DNA of 64,000 nucleotides, taken from IMG/VR virus record IMGVR_UViG_3300040801_005040, positions 1 through 64,000 of that record; one strand, 5' to 3'. This document shows positions 28,805-38,357 of the stretch, one piece after another. This DNA comes from a virus. The notes beneath the pieces are model-generated. The model saw nothing but the letters and a program-made list of their open reading frames with translations, was not told the origin of the DNA and made no database searches. A program made the position numbers and the translations under genes. Each line of letters opens with the position of its first letter. The first letter of the stretch is position 1.

Positions 28805-29824
28805 TTAATATATTTTCCCTCTGTAATAAAACTTTTTGTTTTCAAATGGTAAAGGAACAGGGAATATCCCTTCATCTGTTACATTAACTATACAAAACCC
28901 ATTTTTCCATTTTACTTTTTGAGATTCAGACATATAATTAAAAACCTTTTTTGTCTGGTCTCCTCCCCATCCACAATTAAGCCCATAAAGCTTTGACTCG
29001 TGAAAAGTATTAAACCTATGTGTATGAAAGAAAATAACTCTTTCATGTAGCATTTGCATATGCTTATATGCAGAGTGAATATTAACCCATTCGCCATGAA
29101 TGACTTTAATATCCCCTATCATTACTTTAGCAGTTTTCCAGTTAAACTGACAGTTATAACCTCTTTTTTTAAAGCAATAGTTATATGGGCTTATTGCTCC
29201 AGCTTCTCCAAGCTTCCAATTGTCAGTATCAACTCCCCATTGATTAAACCAGTCTTCATGATTACCGTAAAAATACTCTTTTACAATTTCTTTATTTCCA
29301 ATTGCCTGATCTAATTTATCTAACTCTATATTGGTTTCTTCATATTCTTGCGTCAAATCATAATCAGGAAGTGTTATCTTTCCTTTAGAGTGACGACTTA
29401 TGGAATGCATGTCCAATATGTCACCTGCTAATACAATACCTTTAAGATCTTTTAAATCACTTATTATTTTTAAGACAGCTTCCCACATCCATTTATTATG
29501 GAAAGGGAAGTGCATACATCCCAAAATTACATAAGAGCCTTTTTCTATTTCAGGTGGCACATAAGATTCTTTATATCCCTGTTCCAACTGTACTATAAGC
29601 TTTCTTGCTTTTTTAAATTCTCCCTCAGCCAAGTAATATTTTATTGCAGCTGCGGTTGTATCATCATTAAACTTTGATAGTTTTGTTTCTATTCTTAAAT
29701 TCTTTAAGGCCTCAACACATTCATTGACAGTTAAACCAGTGAACTCTGCAAGCCAGGCAGCGCCTTTTTTCTGATAAGAAGGTTTCTCTTTTAAGAAATC
29801 CTCCAGTTCTCTCTTGTTTTTCAT
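28805..29824 (-). CDS. calcineurin-like metallophosphoesterase with N-terminal extension
   Basis: GCMH, GDILD, GNHE, HG and FHTHR motifs in canonical order. Confidence 0.8.
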   Translation of the reverse strand: MKNKRELEDFLKEKPSYQKKGAAWLAEFTGLTVNECVEALKNLRIETKLSKFNDDTTAAAIKYYLAEGEFKKARKLIVQLEQGYKESYVPPEIEKGSYVILGCMHFPFHNKWMWEAVLKIISDLKDLKGIVLAGDILDMHSISRHSKGKITLPDYDLTQEYEETNIELDKLDQAIGNKEIVKEYFYGNHEDWFNQWGVDTDNWKLGEAGAISPYNYCFKKRGYNCQFNWKTAKVMIGDIKVIHGEWVNIHSAYKHMQMLHERVIFFHTHRFNTFHESKLYGLNCGWGGDQTKKVFNYMSESQKVKWKNGFCIVNVTDEGIFPVPLPFENKKFYYRGKIY

Positions 29825-29877
29825 GCATTAAATATAAGATAAAAACAAGGAGCTATTCCTTTATAATCGTTTGATCA

Positions 29878-30306
29878 TTAGAAGGTTACATTATTTATCT
29901 TTACCTCTGATACAGTTTGTCCAGCAAGCTTATCGTGAAATACTCTCATTATAAGAGCAGAAGAGGTAATATCAGGATCACCATCTCCATTAACGTCTAT
30001 ATGTTTGTTTCCCAGTGCAATACAGCCATTTAACTGATGCCAGTAATTCGCTGTATGAAACTTACACTCGCTTCTATTTGGTACATTGTAAAGCTCCCAT
30101 AAATCTTTTTTAAATCTAGGTGAGTATTCAAGCTTAAGAGGATATATTCCTTCAGGTACACAGCTAACTCTTGATTGGTTATCTCTCCAACCTCTTTCAA
30201 GACTACAACCAACATATTCTGTAAAACCAGAAGGGTGTGTGATGTAGCAATGTCCTAAGGAATAATTTGTTGTTATCTTAAACCTGTTTATTATGACCTT
30301 TTTCAT
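29878..30306 (-). CDS. DUF5675-like putative endolysin
   Basis: LERGWRDN..SCVPEG.Y, SPRF, VPNRS...H.AN....LNGCIALG; adjacent to two small transmembrane genes. Confidence 0.75.
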   Translation of the reverse strand: MKKVIINRFKITTNYSLGHCYITHPSGFTEYVGCSLERGWRDNQSRVSCVPEGIYPLKLEYSPRFKKDLWELYNVPNRSECKFHTANYWHQLNGCIALGNKHIDVNGDGDPDITSSALIMRVFHDKLAGQTVSEVKINNVTF

Positions 30307-30515
30307 TGGTTCCCATTTTTTTTCAATTGTTGCATGTTTTGAAAAAATATGGCTGCTACATTACCTACAAAAGGTGTTCCTGTAAAAACAGATAACATTT
30401 CACTCTTAGTTACAAGAAAAGTAGCTATTACTGCTACTAGAGCTGAAACTGCTGACCAGTATTTCCTACTACCAAATACTGGAGAATTTATTTGTTGTAA
30501 ATCAAGGCTCTTCAT
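30303..30515 (-). CDS. putative holin
   Basis: 70 aa; SRK followed by hydrophobic segments and a basic C-terminus; next to the endolysin candidate. Confidence 0.55.
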   Translation of the reverse strand: MKSLDLQQINSPVFGSRKYWSAVSALVAVIATFLVTKSEMLSVFTGTPFVGNVAAIFFQNMQQLKKNGNQ

Positions 30516-30894
30516 CAGGTCTAAATTTTTTGTTAACGGCTTTAAGTTTAATTATTTCTACCTTCAAGTCATTTATCTCACGATGAAGTGATACAATTTC
30601 CTTGTCCCTCTCTTTTATTTCACCTCTATATTTTTCAAGTTCTCCCTTATAATATTTTAATTCTTCCTTATATTCTTTTAATTCCGCTTCATATCGTGGT
30701 ATAATATCATCAATCAACCTTCTATACAAATCCATTGTTTTGGAGAGATTGTCCAAATTACCTGACTCAACAGTAACATTGGATTGTCTTTCCTGTTGTT
30801 TAAATGTAAGAACCGCTTGAAGCTCTTTTCTAAAAGTTCCAATAGCACCTGCAGTTATTGCAGCAACCAATTCCCAGTTCTCAGTTATCCACAT
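30502..30894 (-). CDS. membrane-anchored coiled-coil protein (holin/antiholin-like); likely start MWITENW
   Basis: N-terminal hydrophobic helix and heptad ELK repeats; the ATG at 30894 avoids overlap with the upstream gene. Confidence 0.55.
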   Translation of the reverse strand: MWITENWELVAAITAGAIGTFRKELQAVLTFKQQERQSNVTVESGNLDNLSKTMDLYRRLIDDIIPRYEAELKEYKEELKYYKGELEKYRGEIKERDKEIVSLHREINDLKVEIIKLKAVNKKFRPDEEP

Positions 30895-30913
30895 TTTAAT
30901 AGATAGTATATAA

Positions 30914-31258
30914 TTAACAATAATTGCCACTATGATCTCTTGATAATGAAAGTTGGTACAATACAGCTCCAGATGAATTTGTTTGTCTTACTACAACTAT
31001 GATGCTTCCGGTCACGCTTGTGTTAAAGTTATTTCCGTCTATTCGTAACACATAAGTAGTATCTGCAGTTACTGTAGTATTTACATCTGCAGTTGTAACT
31101 CCAACTCCTGATCCTTTTATGTATACGTGATATGTGGTTCCATTTGTAGCTGCATTAACAGTAATGGATTGTTCAGTATAACAATTCGTAATGATTCGTT
31201 TACCTTGACTAATCTCATCACCTGTTTTGGCAAGTATGCCTAATGTTATTGTTCCCAT
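30914..31258 (-). CDS. small Ig-like beta-sandwich virion protein; likely start MGTITL
   Basis: T/V-rich beta strands; ATG at 31258 directly follows the upstream stop. Confidence 0.55.
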   Translation of the reverse strand: MGTITLGILAKTGDEISQGKRIITNCYTEQSITVNAATNGTTYHVYIKGSGVGVTTADVNTTVTADTTYVLRIDGNNFNTSVTGSIIVVVRQTNSSGAVLYQLSLSRDHSGNYC

Positions 31259-31259
31259 A

Positions 31260-32000
31260 TTATGAACTCCATTGTCCAGAACCTGTATCCTGGATGTCAA
31301 AATCAAAAGTTACGTTTCTTGCATTGTAAACATTCAGTGCTGCCTTATAAGTAAATAATCCTGCAGTAATATCTGTAAATGATATTATTTGTCCTGCTAC
31401 AACAGGAGCTCCATTTAAAAGAAGGTTTCCATTTGCAGGAAGTGTATTTACCCTTAAGAGTAAAGGAGAATCACCTTCTGGATCATTATAAGCAGGTGTA
31501 GTTCCAGTAGTTAAATTAGCAGTAGTGATAGTTGTTTCTGAAGCATGCGCTAATCCAGAAAGAGTATTATTGCCAGTAGTTGGAGGTTGGTTTTGATAGG
31601 ACTGTACATCCATTGTAATTATTCCTGTAGCCAATCCTGAATAAGTATCAGAGCCTGTATCCTTAAGATCAAAGCTCCAGGGATCTGTATGGGCAGGATC
31701 AGTAAGAGTATCTGCTACATAAGTAAAAAGTCCTTGATTAATTCCTATCCAGGATATTTCCTGTTCATCAGTTACAGGTACACCATTATATTGAAGCTCT
31801 CCAGTAGCAGGTAAAGACTTTACTTGCAGTCCTCCTACAGGATCACCATCTGGGTCTGAGTATGGAGGAGAAGTTTGAGTTGTAAAATTTGCTTGTGTAA
31901 ATACATATGTAGCTCCATGTGCTACTGTAATAGTAGTAGCACCTATTGCATTAGGCGGAGAGTTTACAAAAGCATCTATATTGAATGTTATAATTCCCAT
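31260..32000 (-). CDS. protein with two cadherin-like repeats
   Basis: Two copies of P.Y.DP.GD.....V..LPA.G.L..NG.PV...Q.IS...I..GLFTY...FD..DTGS. Confidence 0.7.
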   Translation of the reverse strand: MGIITFNIDAFVNSPPNAIGATTITVAHGATYVFTQANFTTQTSPPYSDPDGDPVGGLQVKSLPATGELQYNGVPVTDEQEISWIGINQGLFTYVADTLTDPAHTDPWSFDLKDTGSDTYSGLATGIITMDVQSYQNQPPTTGNNTLSGLAHASETTITTANLTTGTTPAYNDPEGDSPLLLRVNTLPANGNLLLNGAPVVAGQIISFTDITAGLFTYKAALNVYNARNVTFDFDIQDTGSGQWSS

Positions 32001-34210
32001 TATGAATTTGAAATATATGTTATTGTAAGTTGAATTTTACCTAATCCATCAAAATCAACACTTGTTAGACTTGAAGTATAATTAAACGTCCCATCTTCTA
32101 TAAGTTTAGTTTCAAATCTAATGGTATCAGTACCTCCTGGAACAAAACCAATTACCATTTTTTTATTGTCATCAGCGGCAATTGGATTTTCATATTCTAA
32201 TGTAGATGACCAGTATCCAGGATTTCCAGATAAACTTGCTGCTTGAAATGGTAATTGTAATAGAAGGCTTCCTGTTCTACCAAGTCCATTTATACCATTT
32301 AAAAAGTATGTTGCAAATACTAATCTTCCTGTTTTTACATAATAACAATATCTTGTTCCTATACTATAAGGAACTCCAGTTCCGCTAGCTGATCCATATA
32401 ACAAAGGAAAAAATTGAGTTGGTGCTGTTTGAGTTACTCCAGAAGAACCAAGAGATTCTATTTTATCATAAATTGCATTTTGAGTAGGTACTCTAAGAGA
32501 ACCATTCCAAGTTGAATCATAAGGATCAACTGTTGTAACAATATATCCTCCGTTACCACCTATATAAGTATCTATATTTTTTACTTGAAGTGTTCCTCCA
32601 GAATTTAATCCAACAAAAGGAGTTGTAACACTATTAAATGCTAATGCTTGAGCTGTATTGTTATGGTAAAGATTAAAACTTTGGTTTCCATAAAGTGTGA
32701 TAAAAGTATTTGAAGAACTATTGCTTATTTTAGTCCATACAGTATCTGTAGTTTTTCCAAGATTTAATTCTACATACCCTGCTGCTACATCTCCTTTTTC
32801 AAGAGTAAGAGTTCCTTGAACATTTACATCATTTGTAAATATTTCAGCAATGTCTGTTCTAGCAAAATTTGTTGATTGGATTCCATCAAGAAGATCTGCA
32901 TCAAGACCTGAGCCAGCTCCATCATTATTTCCTGTCCATACTTTACTCCAAGAAAGACTGCCAGTATTATTTGCTGTTCCAAAATATACATTTGGACTAT
33001 CATTTTCTTTAAGGATAGCAAAGTTTCTACCATCAGGATCTCCATAAAAAGTCCATATTGCAGAGTAATTTACTGGCAATGCTCCTCCTGCATTTGAATT
33101 AGAAAAAATAGTAAGTCCTATATCTCCTATATCATCACCATTAATAAATGCACCTGTGCTTATATTTATCCCTCCTGTGTTTTTTACAAGGGCAGGAGAA
33201 TCATAATTATCAATTCTATCAGCATCAAGACCAGAGCCTTCACCATCTATAATTTTATTTGCTTCAATGTTATTAAGAGCAACATAGTTGTTAATGTTAA
33301 CAAGAGCATCATAAATAGCATTATTAGTTACTGGATTTGATGAGCCATCTGTTATAGAAGTATCTATGGTTATTCCACCAGAAAGGAAATCAAAAGCATC
33401 TACTTTTTTTAAAGCCCCTCCGTCTGAAGTATCTGAAATAAGCACAAAGTCTCCTGAAACTGGCGTTACAGTTGCTTTTCCAGTAATTGCAATAGATTCA
33501 AGGGTAAGTATAGTGGCCCCTGTTACATCTCCTGTGTGAGTTGCATTGGTTACTTTTGCATTATTTGCCAATACATCCGTATTTGCAGATACTGCAGTAT
33601 TAAAATCACTGATTGTAGAGGCAAGCTGAGTGCCTGTATGATTGGTTCTTGAAAGATGATAAGCTGAATTTTGTCCTTGAAGTAATTCTGAATTATCTAC
33701 AATGCCATTGTTTGTGCTATCATAAGTAGATTTAAGCATATCTCCAGAACCAGCTGAAGCTACTACTGCATCTACTTCATCTTTAAGTTCTTCTAATGCT
33801 GCTTGTATATTTGCAGATGTAATTGTAAGATAAGATGAAAATGCTATATTAGTTGCTGCATCTCCAGTTACAAGTAATCTTTGCGCATTTATTTCCCATT
33901 CTCCTGTTATATAGTTAAATACCAAATCATCAACACTCCCCCCTCCAAAAGGTGATATTTCAAATTCATCGACGCCATCATATCTGAAAGTAGTACTTTT
34001 AGAAACATTGTCTGTTACTTCAATATTTCTAGCATCTGATATATTATTATAATTCAAATTAATATTACCTGACATTGTACCACCCGACTTTGGAAGATAG
34101 TTGGTATACAAGTCATTAAAATTATTTTGAGCTTTTTGGAATGCTTCATATAGATAATCACCAGTATTAGGATCACCTACAGTTCCTATGTTAAAGTCTT
34201 GCTGTGCCAT
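32000..34210 (-). CDS. tail fibre protein
   Basis: 736 aa; N-terminal INIG...TGD.L..AF.K...NF.DLY-type anchor; two DG.GSGLDAD..D repeats; GDM.KS.YD module; C-terminal YVKTGRLV receptor-binding-type domain. Confidence 0.8.
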   Translation of the reverse strand: MAQQDFNIGTVGDPNTGDYLYEAFQKAQNNFNDLYTNYLPKSGGTMSGNINLNYNNISDARNIEVTDNVSKSTTFRYDGVDEFEISPFGGGSVDDLVFNYITGEWEINAQRLLVTGDAATNIAFSSYLTITSANIQAALEELKDEVDAVVASAGSGDMLKSTYDSTNNGIVDNSELLQGQNSAYHLSRTNHTGTQLASTISDFNTAVSANTDVLANNAKVTNATHTGDVTGATILTLESIAITGKATVTPVSGDFVLISDTSDGGALKKVDAFDFLSGGITIDTSITDGSSNPVTNNAIYDALVNINNYVALNNIEANKIIDGEGSGLDADRIDNYDSPALVKNTGGINISTGAFINGDDIGDIGLTIFSNSNAGGALPVNYSAIWTFYGDPDGRNFAILKENDSPNVYFGTANNTGSLSWSKVWTGNNDGAGSGLDADLLDGIQSTNFARTDIAEIFTNDVNVQGTLTLEKGDVAAGYVELNLGKTTDTVWTKISNSSSNTFITLYGNQSFNLYHNNTAQALAFNSVTTPFVGLNSGGTLQVKNIDTYIGGNGGYIVTTVDPYDSTWNGSLRVPTQNAIYDKIESLGSSGVTQTAPTQFFPLLYGSASGTGVPYSIGTRYCYYVKTGRLVFATYFLNGINGLGRTGSLLLQLPFQAASLSGNPGYWSSTLEYENPIAADDNKKMVIGFVPGGTDTIRFETKLIEDGTFNYTSSLTSVDFDGLGKIQLTITYISNS

Positions 34211-34350
34211 TATAAGTCAGTATCTGGATTGTACTTCAATGCTGAAATACGTATTTTGTTGTTGCTGATTGTCACTACATTACTTGATATACGCAATTCT
34301 ACTGGATCAGCAGCTATTTTTTTTCGACTCTGTATTGTTAATAGTCCCAT
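34210..34350 (-). CDS. 46-aa small protein (absent from the ORF track)
   Basis: MGLLTIQSRKKIAADPVELRISSNVVTISNNKIRISALKYNPDTDL*; fills the gap and its TAA overlaps the next ATG (TAATG). Confidence 0.7.
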   Translation of the reverse strand: MGLLTIQSRKKIAADPVELRISSNVVTISNNKIRISALKYNPDTDL

Positions 34351-34356
34351 GGTATA

Positions 34357-35376
34357 TTAATCTACCCAAATTCCACTACCTTCGTCTCTTGCTTGAAACC
34401 TAAAAGAATCTGCCCAGATATCATCATAGTTTGGAGCACTGTATACTAAAGCATTGCTTTCTATTTGCTCTCTTGTAAATACATCACCTTCATTAATGAT
34501 AACTCCAGAGAGTGTTATTATTCCTTTATTGGCAGTAGATATCTCTACTATTCTAATTGCATCAATTAAATCTCCTTCTGGGTCATTATAAGGAGGTGCA
34601 AGACTGGAAGTTACCATTGCAAGAGTAATTGGAACTACAGCCCTATTATTAATAGTTTCAGTAATGTCTCCTATTGTAGCAGGTTGATTTCCTCCAGCTA
34701 TTCTATTTACAGTCATTGTATATTGATTTGACGCATAATCTTTTCCTTGCACCCTATCTATTATCCTAAATAAAATAGCGTGAGAATATATGGAAGTAGA
34801 GTCTGTGTAAAAACTCCATTTTTCAATGTCATTATATTGTATTTCAATAGGCACTGCAGACTCCCCATAAGTTTCCCCTGATATTGCACTGCGATTATAT
34901 TTTAACCCTCCTCCATTAAGACTATCCCTGTATATTATAATAGAATAAAATTTATCATCATTATTATCAGAATAGACTGCTTGAAAATCAGATTTTTTAA
35001 ATCTATAAGTATAATATTCAGTTCCTGACCCAAATAATGGTTCTAATATAATTTCGCTTACTGTAAAATTATCAGCGTTTACTTTAACTATAGAAACGTT
35101 AGCTTGAGAAGCTTCTCCTGTTTGGCTAACGCTTGCTTTTGGCAACACTGTTTTATAATTACAAATTATATCAGGATACATGTTCTTAAGAGTATATGCT
35201 TTACTAATAAGATCTTTTCTTTGAGATACAAATGCACCTTCATTTTCAGCAAAATCTATATATTTTTTAAAGATAGTGAACAATAACACTTTTTTCAAGT
35301 TAAGCTTCCCTGTTATGTTAGCTTTCTTAACTGCTTTATTCGTGCTTTGTACGATTATTTGGGCATTTGTAGCCAT
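34357..35376 (-). CDS. putative tail-hub-associated protein with C-terminal cadherin-like repeat
   Basis: Helical N-terminus; C-terminal PPYNDPEGD...FQARDEGSGIW repeat resembles those of 31260..32000. Confidence 0.55.
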   Translation of the reverse strand: MATNAQIIVQSTNKAVKKANITGKLNLKKVLLFTIFKKYIDFAENEGAFVSQRKDLISKAYTLKNMYPDIICNYKTVLPKASVSQTGEASQANVSIVKVNADNFTVSEIILEPLFGSGTEYYTYRFKKSDFQAVYSDNNDDKFYSIIIYRDSLNGGGLKYNRSAISGETYGESAVPIEIQYNDIEKWSFYTDSTSIYSHAILFRIIDRVQGKDYASNQYTMTVNRIAGGNQPATIGDITETINNRAVVPITLAMVTSSLAPPYNDPEGDLIDAIRIVEISTANKGIITLSGVIINEGDVFTREQIESNALVYSAPNYDDIWADSFRFQARDEGSGIWVD

Positions 35377-35399
35377 TTCATCCTATTTTAGTTATCTTC

Positions 35400-38357
35400 T
35401 TAACCTTTTAATTTATTTGATCCTAAATATGCTATTGGAGTATTTACTTCATTAAATTGTCCTCCTTTAAGCCATATTCCTTTTTTAGGTGTTATTACAT
35501 TTATAACTCTAGTTTTTTGTATTGCTGCTGCACCATTAGAATCTGTTACATTATAATTTAAAGTATAAGTTCCTTCAACATTTGTATTTATTGAACCTGT
35601 GACTATTACATTATTTGTGATATTTCCTTCTTCATTATCTTCAGCAATAAACCCAGGTTCTATATAAGATTGTCCTACATTTAATGTAATTGTGGTGTTA
35701 CCTAATAATGTAATAATAGGGACAGTATTATTAGGAAAGTCTTCTAATAAAACTAAATCTTTTGTTAAAGTAAACAAGTATATTTCTATTGCCGTATACC
35801 CAGCATTATTTATAATTTCAGTATTGTTAATTGTCCAATTAGTAATTACTTGATTGGATGACAATATATTATGTTCTGTTACAAATGTATTTGGTATCCC
35901 TGTTATATTACTATCATTGGGATAAATTCCAGATCCCATAATAGGAAAAAAACCACTTGTAGTTCTATTATTACCAGTTCTATTTCTTACATGTGTTATT
36001 ATTTCTTCATCTAAAGAACTTCTAGATTGAGTGGTAGTATTTGTTCCTGCTCCTACATTATCTAATATATAATCTTCTAATCCTATTGTAGATAAAGGTA
36101 TATATTCACTTCTATATAAGGGTTGTGAAATCTTATATTGTTCGTACCCAGGCTTTACAATATAGGTATATGCACTATTAATATTTCCTGATACATAATA
36201 TCTTGTATTTTCTACTGTATTAGGCTCATTATTATTTGGATCAGGGGGAGTTACACCATATAAGTAATTAAAACCAGCTGTATTTGATGGATTTTTAAAC
36301 ATAATATTATTTTCACCTGTCCATCTTAATCCTTCAGAAGGACCTCCAGGATAACTAACATCATATATTATATTATTAATTTGCTCTAATGTTAAATCTA
36401 AATGGTATATTGTATTAGCCCTTACTGCTCTTTGATAACACAACGCATGAAGATTTTTAATATATGATATGTTTTTAGAATTACTATTTATAAGGTTTGA
36501 TTTATCCGAATAATAAAACATGCAATATTGTATAGTAACATTTAACATGCTTCTAATATCTAAATTTCCATCTAATCCATAGGAAAAAGAACAATGGTCT
36601 AATATAGCTGGCCCAAGCCAAATATTAGGTACATTAGAAGTAGGTTCTCCTAATGTAAATGAATCATCATTGGCTTCTGTAGAAGTAGAAGGATCTTGAT
36701 GAAATCTTATATGTCTTATAATAACATTACTAGCATATGATCTTAATCTACCACCTCTAATTACAATACCTCCTGGAGAAGTTTCACCTGCAATAGTAAC
36801 ATTACCAGCATTGGAGGGTATTATGGGATAATCACTTCCTGTATATCTTATTGTGCCAGATACAGCAAATACTATTATTCTTGGAAAAGCAAGTCTTAAT
36901 GCATCATCTAAACTTCCTGGACCACTTGTATTTAAATTTGTTACTTTTATTACTTGACCTCCTCTACCACCAGTAGTATATTTACCAAACCCATCTGCTG
37001 TTGGAAATGCTTTAAGAGTATTTAATATTATAGAATTATTAATATTTTCAGGTAAAGTTAAATCTCCCGTTAAAGAAAATAGATATATTTCTATTGCTGT
37101 ATAACCAGCATTATTAATAATAATATTATTATCAATAGTCCAATTTGTTTTAATTTGAGATGCTGATGTAATCCCATGTGTATTTACAAAATCATTTGGA
37201 ATACCTGGAATTATTGTAGAAACAGGAGGGGTGATATCATTAATTACAGGATAAGCAGGATTATCAGAAATAACAGTAATAGTATTTTCAAAATAATCAT
37301 TTATTTGTTCTTGGTCAAAAGTATCCCTCCATATAGAAGCCCCTACACCTCTTGGACCAGCTGCAAATAAATCTGCTTCAAGGGCAGCACCATTATCTTG
37401 CCCAATAATCATAGGCACAATACCACTGCCTGTTACTTGTCTTACATTTCTTTCTGCAATTTGATAATTACTACTTTTAAAAGGACCCCCTCCTCTAATA
37501 ATAGTATCTTCTTCATATACATTAGCATCATTTGGGCCAAGCTGTCCATCTAAATGCATGCAATTTCCATTTGGTCTTGCTACATTTGGATCTTGTATAG
37601 TTAATGCAGAATTAGGCCCTGTATTTTGAAATATTTGACCTATTGCATCCCAATTAGAACCAAAACCAGTATTTTGTCCTTCATTAACACCATGAATAAT
37701 ATTGTTTATTGTTTCATGGCTACACTCACAATCTGCGGTAATAGGACTTCTAAAAGCTTCGTTTGAAAAGTAATTTTTATATACACTACCATTTTTTTGA
37801 TTTCCAATTAAAGCATTACCAGAACCATAAGAATGATAAAGCATACAATATTGTAAAGTCCAATTGGTAACAAAATCATTGACTACATCACCTGTTACCG
37901 AAGTATTAAAATTTTCATCTTTTGCATGACTTAAAGAACAATGGTCTATTATAAAATTATTAACTGAAAAACTAGTTCTAATTTTTAAACCATCAGTTCC
38001 TGCAGGTGAATTAGGACCAGGTCTAAATTTTATATATCTTACAATAACGTTACTTTCTCTAATCCAAACATCACTTAATCTAATACATATGCCCCCGGGA
38101 GAGGTTTCGCCTGCAATAGTAGTGTTACCATATACATTAAGTGGAGTTTGAAGATTAATGTATCCAGATGTAGCAAAAACAATTATTCCACCACCTGAAA
38201 GCTGTGAACTTTCTAACTTTTCTCTTAAACTACCAGGACCTGAATCATTAGTATTGGTAACTACATAAATATTTTTCCCTCTACCTCCTGATGTAGATTT
38301 TCCAAAACCTTTAGCAGAAGGAAAAGCTAATTTTATGTCTAAGTTATATACTGCCAT
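35400..38357 (-). CDS. tandem double pectate-lyase (PL1-like) protein with C-terminal DUF5011 Ig-like domain
   Basis: Two AFP.A.GFGK.T.GGRG...VTN.N.SGPGSL...TIAGETSPGGI...DHCS.S...D domains; PIITLLG...Y.EPG..A.D..EG...GTYTL.YNVTDS.G. Confidence 0.85.
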   Translation of the reverse strand: MAVYNLDIKLAFPSAKGFGKSTSGGRGKNIYVVTNTNDSGPGSLREKLESSQLSGGGIIVFATSGYINLQTPLNVYGNTTIAGETSPGGICIRLSDVWIRESNVIVRYIKFRPGPNSPAGTDGLKIRTSFSVNNFIIDHCSLSHAKDENFNTSVTGDVVNDFVTNWTLQYCMLYHSYGSGNALIGNQKNGSVYKNYFSNEAFRSPITADCECSHETINNIIHGVNEGQNTGFGSNWDAIGQIFQNTGPNSALTIQDPNVARPNGNCMHLDGQLGPNDANVYEEDTIIRGGGPFKSSNYQIAERNVRQVTGSGIVPMIIGQDNGAALEADLFAAGPRGVGASIWRDTFDQEQINDYFENTITVISDNPAYPVINDITPPVSTIIPGIPNDFVNTHGITSASQIKTNWTIDNNIIINNAGYTAIEIYLFSLTGDLTLPENINNSIILNTLKAFPTADGFGKYTTGGRGGQVIKVTNLNTSGPGSLDDALRLAFPRIIVFAVSGTIRYTGSDYPIIPSNAGNVTIAGETSPGGIVIRGGRLRSYASNVIIRHIRFHQDPSTSTEANDDSFTLGEPTSNVPNIWLGPAILDHCSFSYGLDGNLDIRSMLNVTIQYCMFYYSDKSNLINSNSKNISYIKNLHALCYQRAVRANTIYHLDLTLEQINNIIYDVSYPGGPSEGLRWTGENNIMFKNPSNTAGFNYLYGVTPPDPNNNEPNTVENTRYYVSGNINSAYTYIVKPGYEQYKISQPLYRSEYIPLSTIGLEDYILDNVGAGTNTTTQSRSSLDEEIITHVRNRTGNNRTTSGFFPIMGSGIYPNDSNITGIPNTFVTEHNILSSNQVITNWTINNTEIINNAGYTAIEIYLFTLTKDLVLLEDFPNNTVPIITLLGNTTITLNVGQSYIEPGFIAEDNEEGNITNNVIVTGSINTNVEGTYTLNYNVTDSNGAAAIQKTRVINVITPKKGIWLKGGQFNEVNTPIAYLGSNKLKG

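Noticed and set aside
29829-29836. Promoter-like TATATTTA upstream of the phosphoesterase gene
   Set aside because: It mismatches the -7 consensus and has no TTG at the expected spacing; too weak to call in AT-rich DNA.
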